Shown here piece after piece: positions 31,472 to 41,350 of a stretch of 64,000 nucleotides of DNA (positions are counted from its first letter, which is position 1; every line of letters begins with the position of its first letter). The notes beneath the pieces are model-generated. The model made no database searches, was not told where the DNA came from, and saw only the letters and a list, made by a program, of their open reading frames with translations. The translations under genes and the position numbers were made by a program. The stretch is taken from NCBI GenBank assembly GCA_963801165.1, contig CAWDDT010000013.1, positions 32,001 through 96,000 of the forward strand, given 5' to 3'. The DNA is from an uncultured bacterium (GTDB lineage: Bacteria; Actinomycetota; Acidimicrobiia; Spongiisociales; UBA5794).

Positions 31472-34027
31472 TTACAACGTCAACCCAAGTTGATGATTGA
31501 GTTGACTCCGGCGTTCGACGGCGGGTTGGTCGATCCAGTTTCGGGTGATGGCTTGGGTGAGGACGTCGATGGCGGTCTGGTTGTCTTTGACGGCAACATA
31601 GGCGTGGTTCGCTTGTCGGCCTCGGGTCATTGGGGTGTAGATGCCGCGGCTGTCGGTTGGGGTGTCGATTAGGAGGACGGCGGTGTCGACGGTGCGGCCT
31701 TGGGTGGCGTGGCTGGTTTGGGCGTATCCCAGCTCGACATGCTCAGCCGTGTAGGCGGTGGGGAGGCGGATGGTGCCGGTGCGTCCGGTGATGGTGACGC
31801 TTTGGTCGTTGTGAATGGCGGTGATGGTCCAGTGGTCGCGGTTCTTGACCATGAGTCCCTGGTCGGTGTGGAGCGTCCGGTCGTTGCGTCGCGTGACGAT
31901 CTCGTCGCCGACGAGCAGCGAGTATTCGCCGACCCGGAGCTGGGGCCCTCCCGGGTCGAGTTGGCCGGTGGCGAGCCGGGTCTGTTGGGCCAGCTGGTTG
32001 AGGCGGGTGACGGTTTCGGTGCTGTTGGCCATGAGCGCCACCGTCTCGCCTTGGCTGCGGGCTTGCTGCCAGGCGTCGGTAATGTCGGTTTCCATCTGCT
32101 CGAGGGTGCCGCCGTGCAGGCGGCCATGTCGCTGGTATTGGGTGAGGGCGGCGGGGTCGCCGCTGCGGAGCTGGAGGCTGGCTCGACGTTCCCAGTGGTG
32201 CTGGAAGCGGTGGATACGGTCGAGTTCGACTGCTCCAAGGCTGCTGACAAGGTGACCGAACATGCCTCCCCTACCGACGGCGGAAAACTGGCGGGGATCA
32301 CCAACCAGGACGACCCGCCACTGGTGTTGGTCGGCGAGACGGGCCAGTCCAGCCAGTTTTGGTGTCGAGGCGGTGCCAGCTTCGTCGACGATCACCGTTG
32401 TCCCTCTCGGCAGGTCGTAACCGGGTTGGGGCGGCCGGGTGGGGTGAGTGTGTTCGATGAGCAGCTTGTCCAACGTGTCGGCGCGCATCCCAGCTTCGGT
32501 GGCGAGGACTTCGGCTGCCGCCGCGGTGGGTGCTACCCCGAAGGCCATGCGTCCCCTGGCGGTGACGTTGAGGACAGCGGTCGCGAGGGTGGTTGTCTTG
32601 CCGGCGCCCGCGGGCCCGACGATCAGCTCCAAACCGTCACCGTCGGCGACAGCGGCCACCGCGGCAACTTGTCCTGGGGTGAGGTGTTCGGCGAAGCGGA
32701 TCGTCCGCGGTTCCGCCCTCGCCGCCTGGTCCCTGCGATGATCGGCCCATGCGATCAGTTCCTCTTCCTCGTCGAGGATCCCCCGAGTGGTGAGGGCCCG
32801 ATCCACCGCCGGTTCGGTGATTGGCCGACCGTCGCGCCGCAGCCTGGCTCCGGCAGGGACAGGGCGGGATATGTCGACACAGCGGCTGTCGGCAACCTCG
32901 TCGGCAAGCCTGTCGAGAGCGCTGGTCAGTCCGGTGGCGTCAACCGCCACCGTGGTCGGTACTGCTGCGGCGAGTTCTCGAACCAGCTCCGCGGTTCGCC
33001 AGCTCGATTGGCGGTCACCCACCGCAGCGAGTGCAGCCTCGGTCAGCGCGTCTGCTGTCAGTTCGTCGACGCGGTCGAGTCTGCGGTGTGCGTTGATCGC
33101 CTCCCCTACGACGAGGCGTGGGTCGTGACCCAACGCAACAGTGCGCTGCCACCATTCCCGACGCAGATCGGCAGGCGTGACCCTGTGCCTCTTGGCGGGT
33201 CGGCTATCGACCGCGGCTTCACGTTCCAGTCGCCACCGTTCCCGTGCGGTGGGTTCCCACCCCAGACCGAACCGGAAACGGTCGAGCTTCTCTTCGAGGC
33301 GCCGGTCGAGGTCGCGGGTCCTTTGGGAGAACTCGGCCAGAACGTCGTCGTCGACGCCGGCGATCTCGGCGATCCCGTGTTCGGGTTGATGCCAGGTCAC
33401 GCCGAGACGACGGGTCAGCTCGGATCGCAGGCCGGCGTGATACAGCGCCGACAGGGTGCGCTGGTCGATCTTGATCGTCCGGGCGTCGAGGGCCAGCCAG
33501 CGACCGTCTGGGGCTGGGACCCGGTTGGCGATCACCGCATGGGTGTGTAGTTGCGGGTCGAGTCTGCGGCTGGTGTGCTGACGAAACAGAGCCGCCACGA
33601 TCCCTTCGGCGTCGACACAGACCACCTGCCCGCGATGACGCATCCGAGTGTGCGCATGGGCTTGGACCCAACTCAGCACCGCGTCGACCGCCCGGTCGTG
33701 AGCCGCAACCACCTGATCCCGAACCGGTTGGTCGCCGAGGCCGAAGAGGACCGACACGGACTTGGGTGCCGAGAAGGTGGCGTCATAGCCCCGCACCGAC
33801 CCCTCCCCGAACCGGCGACCCAGATCACCGCCGGTCACCGGATGTTGACCGGCCATCACCGCAAGGAACACGTTCGGATCGACCTCACCGGTCAGACCGA
33901 GACCGACCGCGGCTAGACCCCACCATCTGCCCGGCGGCTCGTCACCCTCGAGGTAGTACCGGGGCAGGTGATCGGTGTAGTAGCGACCCGCCTCGACACC
34001 CTTCAACGTAGTCACCCGCACCGTCAC
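31472..34027 (-). CDS. MobF (TrwC-type) relaxase with RecD2-like helicase domain
   Basis: N-terminal YY motifs, DATFSAPKSVS, HTSR..DPQLHTH, EFSQR, GPAGAGKT, DEAG, LGYAQTSHATQG.T. Confidence 0.93.
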   Translation of the reverse strand: MTVRVTTLKGVEAGRYYTDHLPRYYLEGDEPPGRWWGLAAVGLGLTGEVDPNVFLAVMAGQHPVTGGDLGRRFGEGSVRGYDATFSAPKSVSVLFGLGDQPVRDQVVAAHDRAVDAVLSWVQAHAHTRMRHRGQVVCVDAEGIVAALFRQHTSRRLDPQLHTHAVIANRVPAPDGRWLALDARTIKIDQRTLSALYHAGLRSELTRRLGVTWHQPEHGIAEIAGVDDDVLAEFSQRTRDLDRRLEEKLDRFRFGLGWEPTARERWRLEREAAVDSRPAKRHRVTPADLRREWWQRTVALGHDPRLVVGEAINAHRRLDRVDELTADALTEAALAAVGDRQSSWRTAELVRELAAAVPTTVAVDATGLTSALDRLADEVADSRCVDISRPVPAGARLRRDGRPITEPAVDRALTTRGILDEEEELIAWADHRRDQAARAEPRTIRFAEHLTPGQVAAVAAVADGDGLELIVGPAGAGKTTTLATAVLNVTARGRMAFGVAPTAAAAEVLATEAGMRADTLDKLLIEHTHPTRPPQPGYDLPRGTTVIVDEAGTASTPKLAGLARLADQHQWRVVLVGDPRQFSAVGRGGMFGHLVSSLGAVELDRIHRFQHHWERRASLQLRSGDPAALTQYQRHGRLHGGTLEQMETDITDAWQQARSQGETVALMANSTETVTRLNQLAQQTRLATGQLDPGGPQLRVGEYSLLVGDEIVTRRNDRTLHTDQGLMVKNRDHWTITAIHNDQSVTITGRTGTIRLPTAYTAEHVELGYAQTSHATQGRTVDTAVLLIDTPTDSRGIYTPMTRGRQANHAYVAVKDNQTAIDVLTQAITRNWIDQPAVERRSQLNHQLGLTL

Positions 34028-34381
34028 TACAACCCCCCAACGAGCCGGTGACCGCAGGTGTGCACTCGTCTGTCGCTCTCGATGCGGTGGTCGAGGTCGA
34101 TGGGCCGTTGGCGTCGGGTCGGTTGGCTTCGACGCTGTGTGTTCCCGCGTCGGGTGGGATCACATCGAATTGGCGTGAAGGAGTTGCCGTGTGGTCTGTA
34201 GGCGTGTGTCGGGTCCATTACCGCGTATCAGACAACGGCACCCTGTCATTGGATGGTCATCAGATTGCCAACCAGCAATGCACTTGGTGCCAGATCGGCC
34301 GTAAACGCCTACGGCACAGGCGATTACAGAACCCAGACAACCCGCCCAGAATCTCGACGTTCCCGCGAGCCGCCACAGCAA

Positions 34382-34426
34382 TGACAGGGTTGCTGACAGG
34401 GTTACGGACAATCTGGTGACAGGGTC
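34382..34426 (+). repeat. Phased direct repeats upstream of xis
   Basis: tgacagggt at 34382, 34394 and 34417 plus degenerate ggaca at 34406 (11-12-bp period). Confidence 0.7.
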
Positions 34427-34445
34427 CCATTCGACAATGAGAGCC

Positions 34446-34673
34446 ATGGATACCCTCGATCGGCTCCTCAGCGCCCAAGACCTCGCCGACTATCTCCACA
34501 TACCAGTCGCCACCATCTACAACTGGCGGCACCGCGGCCACGGCCCACCCGGCTTCCGAGCCGGCCGCTACCTACGATTCCGCAGCAGCGACGTCACCAA
34601 CTGGATTACCCAACACATCAACAGCAACGACAACACCGGAATCGGCCAACGTCACGTCACAGACGACCAGTAG
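34446..34673 (+). CDS. Excisionase / AlpA-like HTH protein
   Basis: LLSAQDLADYLHIPVATIYNWR..G.GP..FRAGRYLRF. Confidence 0.88.
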   Translation: MDTLDRLLSAQDLADYLHIPVATIYNWRHRGHGPPGFRAGRYLRFRSSDVTNWITQHINSNDNTGIGQRHVTDDQ

Positions 34674-34721
34674 CGTTGACACGAGAGAACCCTGGTAGTC
34701 GAGAGATGGGAGGAGGTTCTC

Positions 34722-35795
34722 ATGGCAGGGTGGATCATCAAAACCGACCACGGCCGGTGGAAGGCCCGGCTTTCCATCACCGGCCAAGGTACCCGCAACA
34801 AGACCTTCGATCGCAAGATCGACGCCGAGAAATGGTTGCGCAACGAGCAAGCTCGCCGCGACCGCTCCGAATGGACCGACCCGCGTCTCGCCCGGACCAC
34901 CTTCGTCGAGTGGGCCATTCCTTGGCTCGACACTCGCCGCCACCTCAAACCAAAGACCCTCGCCGGCTACGAATCGCTCCTCAGAGTTCACCTGCTCCCC
35001 CGCTTCGGACAGCAACCCCTCGCTGCCATCGACCCCCTCGGCATCGAAACCTGGGTCATCGAACTCACCGACAAGGGACTCTCCCCCAGCCGCACCCGGC
35101 AGGCGCATCAGCTTCTGTCGATGATCCTCAAGGCGGCCGTACGAGCCCGGCGACTGGCAACGAACCCGGCGGAGGGGACACCGTTGCCACGGTCCATCCG
35201 GCGGGCGCCTCGGTTCATCACCGCCGACCAGGTCGACGAGCTCGCAGCTCTCGTGCCAGATCGCTATCGGGCGCTGATCTACGTGCTGGCGTACGGCGGG
35301 CTTCGCTGGGCCGAAGCGGTCGGCCTCAAGCTAGAGCACGTTAGCCTCCTGCGCCGTCGTATCGTCGTCGCCGAGACGCTATCCGAGGTCAACGGCCGGC
35401 TGTATCCGGTGGCACCGAAGACCTGGGAGTCGCGGACGATCGCGATCCCTCCGTTTGTCGCCGACATCCTCGGCGAGCACATCGGAGGGTTCACGGCCGA
35501 CAGCGAGAGCGGTCTGGTCTTCACGACCGACGCGGGCACGCCGCTCCGCTCATCCAACTTCCGCCGCTGGGTGTGGAACCCGGCGATGGCGCAGTTGGAT
35601 GAGAAGGGCCTCCGGGTGCACGACCTCCGGCATACGTGCGCCTCGCTACTGATCGCCGCCGGCGCACATCCGGGACTCGTACGCGAACACCTCGGCCACT
35701 CGAGCATCCGCGTCACGATGGACGTCTACGGACACCTCTATGAGGACGTAAGGGATGAGATCGCCGAACGGTTGGAGCAGCAACACGCCCGGTGA
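34722..35795 (+). CDS. Tyrosine recombinase / integrase
   Basis: GGLRWAE (R), PKT (K), HDLRH, LGHSSIRVTMDVYGH (H, Y). Confidence 0.95.
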   Translation: MAGWIIKTDHGRWKARLSITGQGTRNKTFDRKIDAEKWLRNEQARRDRSEWTDPRLARTTFVEWAIPWLDTRRHLKPKTLAGYESLLRVHLLPRFGQQPLAAIDPLGIETWVIELTDKGLSPSRTRQAHQLLSMILKAAVRARRLATNPAEGTPLPRSIRRAPRFITADQVDELAALVPDRYRALIYVLAYGGLRWAEAVGLKLEHVSLLRRRIVVAETLSEVNGRLYPVAPKTWESRTIAIPPFVADILGEHIGGFTADSESGLVFTTDAGTPLRSSNFRRWVWNPAMAQLDEKGLRVHDLRHTCASLLIAAGAHPGLVREHLGHSSIRVTMDVYGHLYEDVRDEIAERLEQQHAR

Positions 35796-35968
35796 AATCG
35801 ACCATGTGGATCTCTATTCCGAAGGGCACCGCCTCAAGCGGATCGGCTACCCAGCGTTGTTTCCAGATAACGGGATTAGCGGGATAATGCCGGATCTCGG
35901 GCGGCTGCGGGTGCGCGATAACGCGCGGCGTGGGTGTTGTTATGGGTGGTTGGTAGGCCCTGCGTGCC

Positions 35969-36140
35969 TACAGTGCCGGCGCTCTGGATGAGGATGTTCA
36001 GGTTCTCGATCAATGCGCTCAAACTTAATGCTACGAGGTCCGGTCAGCGGTGGTGCACAAGGCCGTCCGGTTGCTTCGCGCATCCGAAGTGGTAGGCCAC
36101 TACGCCGACGGTTGGCTGGAGTGGTTAGATTCCGGTGATG
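35969..36140 (+). pseudogene. Decayed ribbon-helix-helix antitoxin (MazE9-like)
   Basis: One frame reads LDEDVQVLDQCAQT*CYEVRSAVVHKAVRLLRASEVVGHYADGWLEW, resembling actinobacterial MazE9; internal TAA, no start codon, no toxin downstream. Confidence 0.6.
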
Positions 36141-36697
36141 CAATGTCCCTTCGAGTGCTGCTTGCTGCAAGCGACACGGGCCTCGATCGTGACTCGAGAG
36201 CTCGGGCTGAACAGGTCGGCCCGTTTCTGTAGAAGGGACTTCTCGCAAGGTCGGTACAGTGTCGCCGGACATCAGGGCTGCAGTCGGTGACGTTTTGATT
36301 CTTCGCCTCAGGCTCTGACGATCCGGTGGACATGCGTTGAAGCGCAGGATGTGTGCGACAACACGGGTCGGCCACAGAGACCACACTCGAGGATTGTTGG
36401 ACATCATGCAGCCATTCCAACCGCGCAGTTTTTGATCGGCGATATGGAGTGAGTAGTGACATGTCGTCGACACATGAGCTATGTCCTAGTCCGGACGTTG
36501 TATGTCCTTGATTACCAAATCCTACTGAGGCATCGTGAAGTACAAGCGGTGGCCCGAGTGGAGATTCGCCAGCCGAGGTTGGCGTTCCAGCGGCGCTAGA
36601 TGATCACGATGGTCGTAGCCGAAAGGGCTGGCGTGAACGGGTGATCTTTGACCGTGGCGTACGCAGACGCACGCTCGATTCGAAGGAGGGACAGTGT

Positions 36698-37999
36698 ATG
36701 GAAAGGTACGCAAGGTCTCAGCGGCACCGGGGATCGTCGCTGGGGTTCCACGTTGGTGCTGGAATCCTCGTGGTGGCGCTCAGCGGTTGCGGTCTCCCAG
36801 CCGATGGTGTCGATGCTGGTGCTTCTGCCCCGACGGCGACAGCGATCACGACGACGTCGATCGTGATGACGACAGCACAGACCCCATCGTCAGAATCCAC
36901 GCTGGTGGCAGGTGGATCTGCGGAGACCGTTCTACCAGTCTTCTTGGAATCCTTGGGGTCACAACCTGCAGGTTTCGTTGTCACCGACCGAACCACAAGT
37001 TTGAAGGGTGAGGCTGTCACTCTCTCCGCTCCGCCTCGAGATCCCTTGGCTGGGAGCTTCGTGCCGTGGGCTGTACCGACATCAGACGGCGACGCGGTGT
37101 ATTACACCACCTGGACACAAGAGACCGATCTAGATGAGCTCGACGTTGGAGACCCTGGTGGCGTCCCAGTACTACGGAAGGTCGATTCTTCGGGCGAGGA
37201 CTCCGTCGTCAGATCGGGAGCCCACGCGCCGGCCCTAGCGACGGATGGCAGGCTGGCCTATGTGCAGGATCTGGATGGGGTCTATCTGTACAGCGTCCCT
37301 AATCCAAACCAGATCAGAGTTGTCTCGGCCGATGGCGCCAGCGACGAGGTTTGGTCAGAGGACAAAGAGGCAAGGTATGTCACAGTAGGTTGGGCAGGAG
37401 AAACCCTCCTCGCCTATGAGATCGGCGAAGGTGAATACGCAAAGACCTACGCCTTCGATGGGCCCGGTAGGACCAGACTTCTTTCGGATGGAGGAGTAGT
37501 CGGCGCAATCAGCCCCGACGGCGAGTGGGTGCTGCTTGTGGAGACGGGAGACCCTGGCGAGGGAAGTCAGTTCCGAGTCGTCCGAATTGCTGACGGTGAG
37601 ACAGTTGGGCCGGTCTATCTGTCAACCGAGGTTGGGCCCCTGAACGGCACCTATCAGGGAGACTGGAGCGGGGACACAATCATCATCGGGCCAGGGGCCG
37701 GGAACGGTGTGGATACACCCTATGTCTTTGGGTATGCGGTCCTCCACTTCGACGGCAAGCAATTGACGCTCGACCACTTCGTATCCCTGAGCGTTGTCGA
37801 GGACCTTGTCAGTCTCGAATACCCCAGATTCACTCCTTCCGGAGACGTCTGGATGCGCCTAACGAGAGCGGGTGGTTCTGGACTCGAGTATCAAGATGTG
37901 ATTTGCAGCGAGGACGCCGTGAGCTGTCAACCCGTGAGCGAATTGGCTCCCATCGGCGAGACTACAGCGATCATGGACAACAAGAGTGGGGGTAGCTAA
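36698..37999 (+). CDS. Acidic lipoprotein, probable TolB/WD40-like beta-propeller
   Basis: RBS aaggagg, lipobox LSGC, Thr-rich linker, repeats PTSDGDAVYY / ALATDGRLAY / ISPDGEWVL / PRFTPSGDV. Confidence 0.7.
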   Translation: MERYARSQRHRGSSLGFHVGAGILVVALSGCGLPADGVDAGASAPTATAITTTSIVMTTAQTPSSESTLVAGGSAETVLPVFLESLGSQPAGFVVTDRTTSLKGEAVTLSAPPRDPLAGSFVPWAVPTSDGDAVYYTTWTQETDLDELDVGDPGGVPVLRKVDSSGEDSVVRSGAHAPALATDGRLAYVQDLDGVYLYSVPNPNQIRVVSADGASDEVWSEDKEARYVTVGWAGETLLAYEIGEGEYAKTYAFDGPGRTRLLSDGGVVGAISPDGEWVLLVETGDPGEGSQFRVVRIADGETVGPVYLSTEVGPLNGTYQGDWSGDTIIIGPGAGNGVDTPYVFGYAVLHFDGKQLTLDHFVSLSVVEDLVSLEYPRFTPSGDVWMRLTRAGGSGLEYQDVICSEDAVSCQPVSELAPIGETTAIMDNKSGGS

Positions 38000-38001
38000 C
38001 C

Positions 38002-38616
38002 ATGTCAACGTTATCTCGTCGACACCTGGCGTTGGTTGCCGCAGTAATTGCAGCGCTCGTCCTCGCGGTGGCACCGCCGCCGGTTGAGGCCACCCCGGGT
38101 CTGGCCTATGGAAACTACGCCTGGTACAACCCAGGGACGACAGCCACGAATGGCCTGCTGAAGACTTACGTGGGCTATGCCTCGTATTCGTCAGTTACGG
38201 CGGGGTCGGGTAATGGGCCGAACTGGAACAACCCCTGCATCTCCAACGTGGGCCGACTCCCGAACGGCTGGTACAGCACCCACAACGACAAACACGTCAA
38301 CAACAAGAACGACACGATCAAGGGCCGAGTGTGGGGAATATCAGATAAGAACTGCGGGAACGGCACCATCAGAAGCGAGCTGTTCATTCATACGGAAGAG
38401 ACATCGACAAACGGCCAAACGTGCACCGCGGCTCCGGACGACCCTTATTGCTGGGAGGGGACCTTCGACTACGAGTCACAGGGTTGCGTCAAAGTCTCGC
38501 ATCCATCTGGCATCAGCACAGTGCACTCTTGGTGGCATAACGCAGTTGTGGCCGGAGGCCACGGCATTTCGTATACCAACATACTGTGGGTAGGCGACGG
38601 GAGCCCGCCGATCTAG
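38002..38616 (+). CDS. Secreted L,D-transpeptidase-fold (Tlde1/DUF2778-like) protein
   Basis: Signal peptide ending VEA; AGSG..C..N.GRLPNGWY, RSELFIH...SQGCVKV (His...SxGC catalytic arrangement). Confidence 0.65.
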   Translation: MSTLSRRHLALVAAVIAALVLAVAPPPVEATPGLAYGNYAWYNPGTTATNGLLKTYVGYASYSSVTAGSGNGPNWNNPCISNVGRLPNGWYSTHNDKHVNNKNDTIKGRVWGISDKNCGNGTIRSELFIHTEETSTNGQTCTAAPDDPYCWEGTFDYESQGCVKVSHPSGISTVHSWWHNAVVAGGHGISYTNILWVGDGSPPI

Positions 38617-38986
38617 CTACAAGGTTGATGCGGGGATGTGAATTGCCTCGAGGAGCCAAGCGTGACGGCGCTGATCATCGCTGGCCTTGCCGACGGCTCA
38701 CCCGGTTCGTACTAGCTTGACGATCGAAGCCTGAGACGGATCTCCACGTAGACGTCACGTAAGGCACGTCGCGCCGTTGTGAGCCCGCCGAGCAGGTCCA
38801 GGGAAATCCAATGAGCGCGGTCAGCCTCTTGTCCAATCGCTGTAGGCCGCACGATGTGGCGCGGTGTCCTCCTCCGTTGGTGTCTACTTCGGCAAGATGG
38901 GAGGCCAAGTGGTCGCAACTCTTATCAGCAAAGCCACACCTAGTGACTGGTCCCGCTTTTCTATGAGCATTGCGGAGCCCTGCAGT

Positions 38987-39682
38987 TCAGTCCTTTGCGG
39001 GCGTGGGATTCGGCTCCCAACCCCGTTCGAGCACTCCTGCCTTTGCGGCGCCTACAAGTGCCTCGCGCATAGAGGTGGCGCCCAATCTCCCGTATAGGAT
39101 TTTCAGAATGCGCCGGAAGTGGCGCGGTGAGTAGCCGGCGTTCCTGGCAATGGTTTCTGCGCTCGTGCCGCCTGCCAGCGCCACAAGCCAAGCGATTTCG
39201 GTTGTCGTCAACTCGGCAACTGGATGTGTTGCCGTCTTGACGGCCATGTGTACGGCAATCTCGGTGGGGAGCACCGAGTGCCCGTGAAGGGCTCCCTCGA
39301 TGGCCATGGCGACGTCGGCGCTGAGGGCATCGGGTCCTAACACTGCAGCTGCGCCCGCACCGAGAGCACCCGCGCAGACTTGGTGATCGATGACAGAGGA
39401 GATGCAGATCACGACCGCGCCTGGACGGCGTTCTCGGATCTCCTGAACTTGATCGACGGCCGAGGAGGACTGGCCGGGGACACGAAGCACGACAACAGGT
39501 GGAACGACTCGTAGCTCGTCGAGCCACAATGCGATGTCGCTGGGAAGATGCACGCTGTAATCGCGGTTCCGGAGCGCCGTTGCCAGCGATTCTCGCGCTG
39601 AGCGAATGCCATCGACGATCGCCACATCTGGCGATCCCCCTGCGCTTGGCTCGTTCGTCGTGTTATGTGATGGTGTCCCCAT
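38987..39682 (-). CDS. Atypical NarL/LuxR-type response regulator
   Basis: Degenerate receiver (VAIVD; VVVLR where the phospho-Asp is expected) and HTH IARNAGYSPRHFRRILKILYGRLG. Confidence 0.75.
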   Translation of the reverse strand: MGTPSHNTTNEPSAGGSPDVAIVDGIRSARESLATALRNRDYSVHLPSDIALWLDELRVVPPVVVLRVPGQSSSAVDQVQEIRERRPGAVVICISSVIDHQVCAGALGAGAAAVLGPDALSADVAMAIEGALHGHSVLPTEIAVHMAVKTATHPVAELTTTEIAWLVALAGGTSAETIARNAGYSPRHFRRILKILYGRLGATSMREALVGAAKAGVLERGWEPNPTPAKD

Positions 39683-40121
39683 AGCTGACCGTCCCCGAAT
39701 CAACGCTTATCAACTGGCCTACACGGGTCCCATACCAAGACCGAGAGGACTGACCCCTCGGGAGCAGGATAGCTCCTCCGCGCATCAAGCACGTGTGGCA
39801 TGACGGCAAATCCCGAGTGATAGCATCGCTGGTGGATGACGCGGTCGAAACAGCAATAGCCAATCCGCCCAGATCGTCGAATATGTTGCGAGAACACGCA
39901 CTTCGCACCGTGCGCTAGAACGAAGCCTCTTTGTGTCAAGGGGGAGGTTCTGTGCCTTGTGTGGCGCGTTGGGGTGTGCCCTGTGGCGGGACGGTCTGAT
40001 CGGTCGTATGGTTGTTGTTGGGTCCGGGAAGTGACTTGTCCGAAGAGCCGGCCTTTCAGGATGTTGAGCCGGTCACGCTGGATTTAGAGTCGTTCCTGAT
40101 TGTCCTCCCGGACCCGTTTGG

Positions 40122-41150
40122 TTAGGCGGATGCTGTCTTTTTGGTGTCGGCGATGAGACGCCGATAGATAGCGTCTGAGATTCGGCGTTTCAACGCTCGG
40201 ATGGCTTCTTTGCTGGTTTTGCCTTCTGCGATCTTCTTGTCGTAGTAGGTGCGGCCTTCGCTGGGGTAGCGGAGTTGGCAGATGGCTGCGATGTGGATGG
40301 CGTGGTTGAGTTTGCGGTTCCCTCTTGGGTTGAGTCGATGCCGTGGCCGGTCGCCTGAGGACGCTTCGATTGGTGCAGTGGCGTTGTAGGTAGCGAAGTG
40401 TCCTTTGGTTGGGAAACGGGTGATTTCACCGGTGAACCCGATAATGATCGCGGCGCAGATGGGACCGATTCCGACGATGTCTGTCAGGGTCGTTCCGGAT
40501 GCGGCGACTGCCACCTTGATTCGTTTCTTTGAGGCTTTCAGCGCCGTGTCGAGTCTGGCGATGTCATCGACCAGTTCACCGGCGATGAGGACCCGATGCC
40601 GGGTCACCTCACCATCGACAACGATCCGGCTGAGTAGCCGATTCGCTTTGCTGACAGTGATTTCTGAGCCGATTCCGCCCGGTTCAAGCTCCAGCAACAA
40701 GGCGTGCAGCCGGGTGCAGTGCTTGTTCTTGAGTCGGGCCATGTCACGGTGTCGTTTCGCCAATATTCGCAACACGCGGACGTGGTCATCGGGACGGACC
40801 TGGGCAAGCCGATCAGAACGTAGCGCAGCTATCGCCACCGAGCGGGCATCATTCGGGTCGTTCTTCTGAGACCTTCCTGATCCCAATACTCGAACTCTGG
40901 ACGCCAGCACTGGCGGCACATCAAACACGGTTTCGCCGGCCGCAACCAACTGCTGAGCCACCAGGTAGCCGAGCCCGTTGGCGGACTCGACAGCCCACTC
41001 CCGCTTCTCGAAACCGGCCGCCCATTCCCGCAATCTTTGCGCCTGGAGGGTTGACGCCTTGAGCTTGAACTCGTCGAGTACCACTTCGTTGTCGTCGACC
41101 GCCACTGCAGTGTGGGTTGCCTTATGCGGATCGATACCGATCATGGTCAT
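40122..41150 (-). CDS. IS110 recombinase/transposase
   Basis: DEDD RuvC-like (GIDPHK, AVESA, KNDPNDA), HhH IVGIGPICA, PIEASSG, GNRKLN, ALKRR. Confidence 0.95.
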   Translation of the reverse strand: MTMIGIDPHKATHTAVAVDDNEVVLDEFKLKASTLQAQRLREWAAGFEKREWAVESANGLGYLVAQQLVAAGETVFDVPPVLASRVRVLGSGRSQKNDPNDARSVAIAALRSDRLAQVRPDDHVRVLRILAKRHRDMARLKNKHCTRLHALLLELEPGGIGSEITVSKANRLLSRIVVDGEVTRHRVLIAGELVDDIARLDTALKASKKRIKVAVAASGTTLTDIVGIGPICAAIIIGFTGEITRFPTKGHFATYNATAPIEASSGDRPRHRLNPRGNRKLNHAIHIAAICQLRYPSEGRTYYDKKIAEGKTSKEAIRALKRRISDAIYRRLIADTKKTASA

Positions 41151-41164
41151 GACAATGCCTTCCT

Positions 41165-41350
41165 AGTCGATGGTGAACCGAGGTGGGCACTCCTGATTTG
41201 GGTCGATGTGTTCTCGCCTCTTTCGAGCCACACCCCAGTCGGGCAAACCGGCCGGCAAGCAGCTCGTTAGAAAGCCAACCCAGACGGGCGGCAGGCACGT
41301 CAAGAGCCCACCAGCCGAGTCACCCAAACGCTACGGAACCACCGCAACGC
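41165..41350 (-). ncRNA. Putative bridge RNA of the IS110 element
   Basis: Contains a 10/10 match to the outer flank (41292-41301 vs 41368-41377) and an 8/8 match to the element's other end (41216-41223 vs 39925-39932); boundaries approximate. Confidence 0.65.

Noticed and set aside
31700-33550. 616-aa plus-strand ORF
   Set aside because: Antisense shadow of the MobF relaxase; typical high-GC artefact with no motifs.
35855-35945. dif/Xer-like half sites (gataa...ttatg)
   Set aside because: Spacing and right arm do not fit the 11-6-11 dif layout.
39700-39860. SAM-I or c-di-GMP riboswitch-like words (gagaggactgaccc, ggcaaatccc)
   Set aside because: Required paired elements are missing and the orientation is opposite to the adjacent gene.
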